Shown in pieces: positions 39,295-46,897 of a stretch of 64,000 bases of DNA (position 1 is its first letter; every line of letters starts with the position of its first letter). The DNA is from Bacteriovoracia bacterium (GTDB taxonomy: Bacteria > Bdellovibrionota > UBA1018 > JBFWNL01). The notes beneath the pieces were generated by a model. It was not told where the DNA came from and ran no database searches. It saw only the letters and a program-made list of their open reading frames with translations. A program made the position numbers and the translations under genes. The DNA lies in NCBI GenBank assembly GCA_050251055.1, contig JBFWNL010000010.1, positions 65,833-129,832 of the forward strand, written 5' to 3'.

Positions 39295-40089
39295 TTACTG
39301 GGTAACGGTGATCTTCGCCTTCGCGCGCAGATCGCTGACCATCGCGCGAATCAATTTCTGCCGAAGATCCGCCTTCACGCGGAGCTCGACCTCGTCGTAA
39401 CCCAAGGTGTTGCCGTTCTTTTTGTCCACGACCTTGATCACGTGATAGCCGTATGCGGTCTTCACGGGGCCGACGATGTCGCCCTTCTTCGCGGCGAAGG
39501 CGGCGTCCGTGAACTCGGCCACCATGCGGTCGCGGGTGAAATACCCCAGGTCGCCGCGGTTATTCTTCGCGGAAGGATCCTGAGAAATTTTTTCCGCCAG
39601 CTCCTGGAAATCCGTGTCCTTCTGCTTGGTTTGCTGCATGACCTTGCGCGCCTCTTCCTCCGTTTTCACGAGGATGTGCTGCGCATGCACCTGCGCCGTG
39701 GAGTAGTTGTTTTTGTTATCCTTATAGAAGTCCTTCGCCGCGCCTTCGCTCATCTTCGGACCGAGCTGCTTTTGCACGAGCATGTTCGCGATGTACTGTT
39801 TCGAAAACGCATCCATCGCTTCCTTGAACTCTTCCGTCTTCTCGAGCCCCTGCTTACGCCCCTCCTGCGACAGCAGCTCCTGGTCGATCAGGTTTTGTAA
39901 CACCTGATTACGCGTATTCGCGTCGCTCATGATGTCTTTTTGTTGCTGCTCGTTGAATCCGCTGATGGCCTTCTTCAGATCGCCGTCCGTGATCTTGGCC
40001 GAATTCACCGTCGCCAGGTCCTTCGCGGCCAACGCCACGATTGAAGACAACGCCACTACTCCCACCACTGCAACGATTTGCTTCTTCAC
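39295..40089 (-). CDS. Periplasmic parvulin (PpiC-type) peptidyl-prolyl isomerase
   Basis: HAQHILV, FQELAEKISQDPS, GDLGYF, PVKTAYGYHVIKV. Confidence 0.93.
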   Translation of the reverse strand: MKKQIVAVVGVVALSSIVALAAKDLATVNSAKITDGDLKKAISGFNEQQQKDIMSDANTRNQVLQNLIDQELLSQEGRKQGLEKTEEFKEAMDAFSKQYIANMLVQKQLGPKMSEGAAKDFYKDNKNNYSTAQVHAQHILVKTEEEARKVMQQTKQKDTDFQELAEKISQDPSAKNNRGDLGYFTRDRMVAEFTDAAFAAKKGDIVGPVKTAYGYHVIKVVDKKNGNTLGYDEVELRVKADLRQKLIRAMVSDLRAKAKITVTQ

Positions 40090-40250
40090 CGATATTCTCC
40101 TTTGACCTGATGACTAGGGTCTAAAACAGAATTATGCCGTGAGTTTCCAATAGATACAATGAACAGGTGCAGTTCCTTTTGTTAGTTAACCCAAGGCGTC
40201 ATAATGATTCGATTGTTTTCTTTCAGATTCGGCCTTAGCCTGGGCCGGCT

Positions 40251-40532
40251 ATGCGTCGTTGGATCAACGGTATTCTCATCGCCACTTGCCTGCTGCAAGC
40301 ATTGGCGTTGCCCCGACATCTCGTCGAGCACGCATTCTCGGTCGGAGGGGCCGTCGATGCTCCTTGCGAAACATGCAGGGTGTATAGCCACCAAGCTGCG
40401 GAAGCCGTACCGGTTCTCGCTTCCCTCCTCCGCCCCGATGTGATTTCCGTCAATCGATTGACGCCTCCGGCGCGTGTTTGCGCGCGGGGGTTCGCCCACG
40501 CCGATGCTCGCGCGCCCCCGTTTTCCGCTTAG
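40251..40532 (+). CDS. DUF2946/CruR/CutF-like leader protein with CxxC and RAPP arrest motif
   Basis: Hydrophobic N-terminus, HLVEH, CETC, Pro-rich spacer, ARAPP three codons before stop; directly upstream of an OM barrel gene. Confidence 0.8.
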   Translation: MRRWINGILIATCLLQALALPRHLVEHAFSVGGAVDAPCETCRVYSHQAAEAVPVLASLLRPDVISVNRLTPPARVCARGFAHADARAPPFSA

Positions 40533-40596
40533 TCCGACCTTAAGCGCGAAATCAATTACTTAGAAACGTTCAAACCCTATCCATTGAGGTATCTCC

Positions 40597-41718
40597 ATGT
40601 CTTACGTACTTTCGGCACGGGCCAGTGCGCTCGTGCTCACCCTATGTGTCTGCGCCTTCCCCTCTCCGGCTCGTTCAGAAACGGCGATAAATTCTATCGG
40701 CGTGCCCGGACCCTCCCGTGGCAAATCCTTCAACCCAGATATCAGCGCCAACTTCTTAGGTCTTTTGCAGAGAAGCACCGCGATCTCGGACGACCGCACA
40801 CAGGTTCCTCACAACGGCCTATCCCTGCAAGAGGCAGAGTTACAGCTTGCCGCCGACGTCGACCCCTATCTGCGTGCCTCCGTACTACTTTCCCTGCACC
40901 AAGAAGGAGGCGGTACTGAATTCGGAATCGATCCGGAAGAAGTGTTCTTGGAAACCTTGAGCCTTCCTTCCCTGAGCTTGCGGGCAGGAAAGTTCAAGCT
41001 CGCCCTGGGAAAGCATAATCTGCTCCACACCCACGCTTATCCGTTCATTGATGCTCCCTTGATTCACCAAAATCTATTAGGCGACGAAGGCTTAAATGAG
41101 GTTGCGATTTCAGCCGCGATCCTCATTCCCGCGGCTTGGTACTCGGAGATTATCCTGCAAGGTTTTAATCCCGCGAATGAAGAGCTCTTCGCCAGTCCCC
41201 GCTCGGGGGACTGGGGCGGTCTCGCCCGATTCAAAAACCTTTTCGATCTAAGTGACTCGCTGACCATGGAAGTCGGCGCTTCGGGCGTAATGGGAACAAA
41301 CCAATTCGATAAAACCAGCTCCACGCTAGGGGCGGACTTGACGTTCAAATGGCGTCCGGCCGAGGGAGGGAAGTACCGAGCCTTGATCTGGGCGACGGAA
41401 TATCTCTACGGGCAAAGGCCGGGACGACTGGACGATGCCGGACAAGATATCGCCACGCTCGGAGGTTTCGCGACCTGGCTGCAGTTTCAGTTTGCCCAAC
41501 GCTGGTGGATCCAGGGCCGCTACGAGGCCGTGGGAATCCCCAAAGCGTCGGCCCTACCAGACCAGGTCAAGCAAAGCGCGCTGCTGGGATTTTTCCCCTC
41601 GGAGTTTTCGGGAATACGCCTGCAATACGACCACTTGCTCACGGATAACCGACACGACCACGCATTGGCCCTTCAGTACAACGTAAGCATTGGCGCGCAT
41701 CCGGCGCATGCTTACTAA
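40597..41718 (+). CDS. Plug-less outer-membrane barrel of the family often annotated zinc-regulated OM receptor
   Basis: FNPDIS, QEAELQLAADVDPY, RAGKF...GKHNLLHTHAYPF, C-terminal IGAHPAHAY. Confidence 0.82.
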   Translation: MSYVLSARASALVLTLCVCAFPSPARSETAINSIGVPGPSRGKSFNPDISANFLGLLQRSTAISDDRTQVPHNGLSLQEAELQLAADVDPYLRASVLLSLHQEGGGTEFGIDPEEVFLETLSLPSLSLRAGKFKLALGKHNLLHTHAYPFIDAPLIHQNLLGDEGLNEVAISAAILIPAAWYSEIILQGFNPANEELFASPRSGDWGGLARFKNLFDLSDSLTMEVGASGVMGTNQFDKTSSTLGADLTFKWRPAEGGKYRALIWATEYLYGQRPGRLDDAGQDIATLGGFATWLQFQFAQRWWIQGRYEAVGIPKASALPDQVKQSALLGFFPSEFSGIRLQYDHLLTDNRHDHALALQYNVSIGAHPAHAY

Positions 41719-41766
41719 GCCTTTTTATCGAAACGCAGTTAAACCCAAAACCGAAGGAAAGAAGAA

Positions 41767-42246
41767 ATGAAAAGAACCTGGATGATTTGCCACCTCGCCA
41801 CGGCGCTCGTTGTCTCCGCGGGAGCGGCGCGTACGCAGGCCCATGACGAAACCAAGGAGAAGGAAGAACATGCGGCCTGGCAGCAGGAACATGAAAAGTG
41901 GGAAGCGGAGCATGCCGCCTGGGAAAAAGAACATCAACGGGCCCAAGCGGCCGTGCGGCGGTTTCAATCCCTCACCCAAGGCCACGGCAAGGCTTTGCGG
42001 AAGCACGACGCCGAGATTCGCCGACATGCGAAGTTCATCCGCGAACATGAAACGGCATTAGCCGCCGGCCAAGGCTCCGAAAAAGGGGAAAAGCAGCGCG
42101 ACCAGCGGCACGCCAAAGATCAGGCGGAACATGATCGCTTCCGAGAAAGTCATGCGGCCTCCTCTAAACGCCACGCTGAATACATGGGTGTGATTGAGCA
42201 AATAGAACGCCTAAACCAAGCCCCGGTGGATAGCCACGCGGAGTAG
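41767..42246 (+). CDS. Secreted His-heptad helical protein (putative metal binder)
   Basis: Signal peptide ending TQA|H; His at 35/42/49/56, 73/80/87/94, 115/122/129/136. Confidence 0.82.
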   Translation: MKRTWMICHLATALVVSAGAARTQAHDETKEKEEHAAWQQEHEKWEAEHAAWEKEHQRAQAAVRRFQSLTQGHGKALRKHDAEIRRHAKFIREHETALAAGQGSEKGEKQRDQRHAKDQAEHDRFRESHAASSKRHAEYMGVIEQIERLNQAPVDSHAE

Positions 42247-42253
42247 CGGTCGC

Positions 42254-42291
42254 AAAAAAAAAGCCCCGGTGGAAATTCTCCACCGGGGCTT
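42254..42291 (-). terminator. Rho-independent terminator of rplM-rpsI (may also act on the + strand)
   Basis: A9-GCCCCGGTGGA-AATTC-TCCACCGGGGC. Confidence 0.92.
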
Positions 42292-42304
42292 CGTACAAAA
42301 GCGA

Positions 42305-42712
42305 TTAACGTTTCGAGTACTGGTAGCGACGGCGGGCGCCGGACAGACCGTACTTCTTACGCTCGACTTCGCGCGAATCGCGGGTGAGGTGGCCACCCTT
42401 CTTGAGCGGCGGACGATGAGCCGAATCGACTTCGAGCAGAGCGCGGGCAATCCCGTGCTTCACGGCGCCGGCCTGTCCCGAGAGTCCTCCGCCCTTCACG
42501 TTGATGGTGATGTCGTAGCGACCGACCATCTGCACGAGCTCGAGCGGTTGCATGATCAAGCGGCGAGCGCTGTCACGCGGGAAATAATCTTCAAAGGCGC
42601 GGCGATTAATGCGAATCTTACCATCGCCCGTTTTCGACGGACGCATGTACACACGGGCGATCGCCGTCTTTCTTTTTCCTACACGGTGAATCTGATTACC
42701 TGCTACGGCCAT
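42305..42712 (-). CDS. rpsI: 30S ribosomal protein S9
   Basis: GKRKTAIARV, VKGGGLSGQAGAV, LTRDSREVERKKYG, QYSKR. Confidence 0.98.
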   Translation of the reverse strand: MAVAGNQIHRVGKRKTAIARVYMRPSKTGDGKIRINRRAFEDYFPRDSARRLIMQPLELVQMVGRYDITINVKGGGLSGQAGAVKHGIARALLEVDSAHRPPLKKGGHLTRDSREVERKKYGLSGARRRYQYSKR

Positions 42713-42727
42713 TGGTCCCTAAACTCC

Positions 42728-43258
42728 TTATGCTTTCTTCAAATTCTTGGCGAGTACCTTAGGGTCCAGGCCGGTCTTGCGAATCACGTGCGCCGGAAGC
42801 GGCTGCGGATTCTGCGCGCCGTGGGGATGCTTGTCGCCCACGATGAGCTTCATTTTCTTGATCTGGCGGTCGGCCAAGATGGACTTGTTGGTCATGCCCC
42901 AGACGGCGCGGCGGAGAATTTCCGTCGGCTCATGCTCGAGCTGTTCCTTCGCGGTGCGGACGTGCAAGCCGCTGATGTAACCGGAGTGCCGGTAATACTT
43001 CTTGTCGTCCCACTTGTTGCGGGTGAAATTGATCTTGTCGGCGTTGATCACGACCACGAAATCGCCCACGTCCGCGTGCTTCGTGTACGTCGGCTTGTGC
43101 TTGCCGGTGATCACGCGCGCAAGAGTGGTGGCCAGGCGGCCTACGACTTGGTCTTTAGCATCGACGATGTACCATTTCGGCGCATTCGGGCCTTCGGTTG
43201 CAAAGGCATGCGGGCCATCATGGTTGGCGGTATAAGTTTTCTGTTGCAGCATAGACAT
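42728..43258 (-). CDS. rplM: 50S ribosomal protein L13 (extended); start 43258 or 43252
   Basis: WYIVDA, GRLAT, GKHKPTYT, GDFVVVINA, YYRHSGY, HPHGAQNP. Confidence 0.96.
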   Translation of the reverse strand: MSMLQQKTYTANHDGPHAFATEGPNAPKWYIVDAKDQVVGRLATTLARVITGKHKPTYTKHADVGDFVVVINADKINFTRNKWDDKKYYRHSGYISGLHVRTAKEQLEHEPTEILRRAVWGMTNKSILADRQIKKMKLIVGDKHPHGAQNPQPLPAHVIRKTGLDPKVLAKNLKKA

Positions 43259-43302
43259 GACGGGATACAAGAGGCATAGTTCGAAGTCAACGGAGAATAC
43301 GA

Positions 43303-44247
43303 TTGAAAAATCAGGATTTTAGGCCGTTAAACCCCTTGGAACACCCGCGCTTCGGCTCGATCGCGACATTTAACCGCCTTCCGCATGTAGCTAATATTAA
43401 AGGGAAAAAAGTAGACGTCGCCATTATGGGCGTCCCCTACGACGGCGCCGCGTCTTTTAGGCCGGGAACCCGCTTCGGCCCCCGGGCCATCCGGGAGGCT
43501 TCCGTCCTCTGCCGCAACTATAACCCCGCCCAGGCAGTGCATGTATATGATGCCCTGAACGTCGTGGACGCGGGGGATATCAGCATCAATCCCCTCAATA
43601 TCCAGAAGACCTATAAGGCCATCGAAAGCCGCTTAGGCGAGATTCATGACGGAGGCGCCCGGGCCATCTGCGTGGGAGGCGATCACTCAATCTCCCTTCC
43701 TTGCTTCCGGGCCGTGCATAAAAAGTACGGCGACTTCGTTTTGGTCCACTTCGACGCCCACACCGACACGGCTGACCAGGCCTGGGGCGAGAAGCTTCAC
43801 CACGGGACTTGGGTCCGGCGCGCGATCGAGGAGAAAATCCTCACCGGGCCACGCATCTTCCAGATCGGCATCCGCGGGCCTCTGACTGCCGCCGACCAAG
43901 AAAAGTACTCGACGGATCAAGGCATCAACACTTTGGACATCGACTCGTTCTTCGACAAGCATACGCGCACGGCGTTCTTCGCGAAGATCAAGAAGGTCGC
44001 CGGCAAGAAGCCCGTTTACCTCACCTTCGACATCGATGCGGTGGACCCGGCCTACGCACCCGGCACCGGCACGCCGGTGGTGGGCGGCATGACCAGCTAT
44101 GAGGCGCTGCAAGCGGTACGCGCGCTCAAAGGGGTGAACCTGGTCGGCGCGGACCTCGTGGAAGTCTCCCCGCCCTACGATCAATCGGACATCACCTCGC
44201 TCCTGGGAGCGGCGATCGTGTTCGAAATGCTGAGCCTCATGGCCTAA
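43303..44247 (+). CDS. speB: Agmatinase (ureohydrolase)
   Basis: RPGTRFGPRAIR, GGDHS, FDAHTD, DIDAVDPAYAPGTGTP, EVSPPYD. Confidence 0.9.
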   Translation: MKNQDFRPLNPLEHPRFGSIATFNRLPHVANIKGKKVDVAIMGVPYDGAASFRPGTRFGPRAIREASVLCRNYNPAQAVHVYDALNVVDAGDISINPLNIQKTYKAIESRLGEIHDGGARAICVGGDHSISLPCFRAVHKKYGDFVLVHFDAHTDTADQAWGEKLHHGTWVRRAIEEKILTGPRIFQIGIRGPLTAADQEKYSTDQGINTLDIDSFFDKHTRTAFFAKIKKVAGKKPVYLTFDIDAVDPAYAPGTGTPVVGGMTSYEALQAVRALKGVNLVGADLVEVSPPYDQSDITSLLGAAIVFEMLSLMA

Positions 44248-44266
44248 AAAATACCCCGAGACTTTT

Positions 44267-46897
44267 TTAAAGCAAGCCAACCGAGAAGTGGAAGCGGTAG
44301 GTGTCCTCGCCCGGCTGGGGATCGAGCTTGAAGCCCCAATCGAAATTCACCGGACCCACCGGAGTTTGGTAGTGCAGCCCCACGCCCGCGCCGTAACGAA
44401 GGATCCCGAAGGAGAACCGGTCGACCAGGAGGTTCGCGGCGTCCAGGAACGGGCCGGCGCGCATGGAGCCGAAAATCGGAAAATCGATCTGGGTGCGGTA
44501 GTTCACGTAACTTAACGTACCAAGAATGGCTTTGCTCTGCTTGTTCAGCTCCTGCAGCCCGAATCCGCGCAAACTTCCCGGCCCACCCAAGGCGAACTGT
44601 TTGATCAGCGGAATGGAATAGCGCTGATCGGTGGAATCGGGGGGAGCCACATTGTTGCGCGCGTAGCCGCTACGGAAGCTCAGAAACCAGGTGACCCCCT
44701 TTCCGAGCGGTACGATTCCGTCCGAGCGGAACTGAAAACGATAGTAGCCAATCGGGAAGGGGTCTCTTTGCGATCCAAAGAGGGAATCCGCGAGCTCGAG
44801 CGAGGCCCAAGCAAAAAAACCGCGCGTAGGAGCCAGGGGGCTGTCGCGAAGATCCAGACGCAGCGAAGGCGTCAACGCACCGATGGTCAACTGGTTGTTG
44901 TCGACCGCGAACTGGGCGTTGGATTGGTCGACCCGCTCAAGGCTGTAGGTCAAGGCCGCCACCAAATTCAGCTTTTTCCAGATCTGCCGGTCGAAAGTGG
45001 CGCTAAAAGCGGTCGTTTCGGCGTCGAAAAGCTTAAATTGTTTTTTCTCACGCCCCAGCTCGGGCCGGAAGTAAACCTCGCTGACCAAGAACCAGGGCCA
45101 GACGTAGCCGACTTTTAGATCGTACTCGTGAAACCGAAATTCCTCGAAGCGGCGATTGATACTGCCCGACAACGAAGCCGTGTGGTTGCGGCCACCGACG
45201 TTCGTATAGGCCAATTCCCCGAACGCGCGCGCGCCCAGGTCGTTTCGTACGCCGACGCCCAGGGCCCACCGACCGGGCGTACCCTCGCTGATGGAGAGCT
45301 TCACCTGCTTGTAACCGGGTTTACTCGGATCATCCCGCATCTGGGTCCGCACGGACGAAAAGATGCCCAAACGTCGCAAATTGGCTTCGCTCTCGGACAA
45401 CTTTGTTTCCTCAAGCACGTCCCCTTCGCGGTACTCCAACTCCCGCTGGACCACTTCGGGCTTGGTCTTGCCCAAGCCCTCGATTCCAATCGAGCTCGCG
45501 CGATATTGCGGTCCTTCGGAAATATCAATCTGGATGTCCGCGATCCGGTTTTTTCGGGAATACTTCACCACCGAGTCATCGTCCTCGTTGACGATTTGCA
45601 CAGAGAGGTAGCCGCGCTGCCGATAGGCAGTCTTCAAGTTCTCAATGCCTTCACTGAAGGCGAAGAGATTGAGCGGATTATCAGGACGCACCGCCAGTAG
45701 CTCCAGGATTTCGGGCTCCTTCAACACGGTCGCGCCCTTGATGGCAACCTCCCGAACCATGGTTTGCTCGCCTTCATAGATATAAATCAGCAACCGAACG
45801 GAATTCTTCTGGTTCAGGAAGGTGCGGTTTACCGCCACAAGCTTCGCCGAGAGGTAGCCTTGGGATTTGATCCAATCCACGAGCAGCTGGGCGGCGCTCT
45901 CCACGTCGGATTCCACGTAGTATCCTCGCTGTACGAGCTGCGAAGCGCGCTCCAGGAACTCGCGTTTCAAATCCTCGCCTGTGAAAGCGGTGTTACCGTC
46001 GAAATCGAGCGAGTCAACGAGCGTCCGTTCGCCTTCATTGATGAAAAAAGTAACGTGCCGCTCTTGCCGCCCCGGTTTTTCATAAGTCTGCGACCTCACC
46101 ACCACGTTGGCGTAGGCCAGGGAGCGGTACTTGTCCTCGATCGCACGTTCGATGACCTTCACGTAGTCGCGCCCGAACCCAATGCTGCGCCGTTCTTCGA
46201 TAACCGCGCTCAAATCATTGTAGGACAGTCGCTGATTGCCGCGGTAACCGAAGGTGACTCGGTCTCCCAAGTCCACGTGAAACTCGAGAGTCACCCAACG
46301 TCCATCCTTCCCTTTAGGAGTGGCGGACGACTCGGCGCTAGGCGCCGGGGTCGTAACGAATCGCACGTCGGTGACCTTCCCCCCCACGAACTCCTCGGCG
46401 ACCAGCGCTTCCTCGAGCTTACGGGTGATTTCGGTGATTTTCTCCTGGTCGAATAGGTCGCCCGGGGAGATCTGGACCACGCCGCGCAGCTTGCCCTCGA
46501 ACCGCTGCCAAAATGCCTGCCGGTCCGCGGAAAGCGCGCCAATCGGCAAAACCTTAAACCCCGCGATGCGCGTGGCCGTGCCTTCTTTTACCTGGATGCG
46601 CAGCACGGTCCTTTGCCCCGCGCGGCGATTCAGCTCCGTACTCACCTCGATCTCCGAGTAGCCTTTGAGCTCGTACAACGCTTGGATGTTCTTCGCCGTA
46701 CGGGAGACCGCGCGCCGATCGAGCGGCTCTCCCACCTGCACTTCGATGGCGCTCTGGATTTCCTCGGTCGGGATACGCGTGACGCCTTCGATCTCGATCT
46801 CGTCGACGACAAGGACTCCAGGCGCAGAAAAACCGGAGGGCACCGCCCCCAGCATCAACATGAGTATGGAAAAAGCCCTATTTAAACTTTTTCTCAT
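44267..46897 (-). CDS. Omp85-family protein (TamA/BamA-like, about 6 POTRA domains) paired with TamB
   Basis: Repeated POTRA motifs (IEG..., Y..KGY), SLRGF, GVGLHYQTPVGPV. Confidence 0.9.
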   Translation of the reverse strand: MRKSLNRAFSILMLMLGAVPSGFSAPGVLVVDEIEIEGVTRIPTEEIQSAIEVQVGEPLDRRAVSRTAKNIQALYELKGYSEIEVSTELNRRAGQRTVLRIQVKEGTATRIAGFKVLPIGALSADRQAFWQRFEGKLRGVVQISPGDLFDQEKITEITRKLEEALVAEEFVGGKVTDVRFVTTPAPSAESSATPKGKDGRWVTLEFHVDLGDRVTFGYRGNQRLSYNDLSAVIEERRSIGFGRDYVKVIERAIEDKYRSLAYANVVVRSQTYEKPGRQERHVTFFINEGERTLVDSLDFDGNTAFTGEDLKREFLERASQLVQRGYYVESDVESAAQLLVDWIKSQGYLSAKLVAVNRTFLNQKNSVRLLIYIYEGEQTMVREVAIKGATVLKEPEILELLAVRPDNPLNLFAFSEGIENLKTAYRQRGYLSVQIVNEDDDSVVKYSRKNRIADIQIDISEGPQYRASSIGIEGLGKTKPEVVQRELEYREGDVLEETKLSESEANLRRLGIFSSVRTQMRDDPSKPGYKQVKLSISEGTPGRWALGVGVRNDLGARAFGELAYTNVGGRNHTASLSGSINRRFEEFRFHEYDLKVGYVWPWFLVSEVYFRPELGREKKQFKLFDAETTAFSATFDRQIWKKLNLVAALTYSLERVDQSNAQFAVDNNQLTIGALTPSLRLDLRDSPLAPTRGFFAWASLELADSLFGSQRDPFPIGYYRFQFRSDGIVPLGKGVTWFLSFRSGYARNNVAPPDSTDQRYSIPLIKQFALGGPGSLRGFGLQELNKQSKAILGTLSYVNYRTQIDFPIFGSMRAGPFLDAANLLVDRFSFGILRYGAGVGLHYQTPVGPVNFDWGFKLDPQPGEDTYRFHFSVGLL

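Noticed and set aside
40090-40250. Fur/Zur box upstream of the metal cassette
   Set aside because: No convincing 7-1-7 or 9-1-9 inverted repeat matching known boxes.
41850-41940. 21-bp periodic DNA similarity (CATGCGGCCTGG / CATGCCGCCTGG)
   Set aside because: Reflects the protein heptad repeat, not a DNA-level repeat element.
42269-43279. 336-aa plus-strand ORF
   Set aside because: Antisense shadow of rplM-rpsI.
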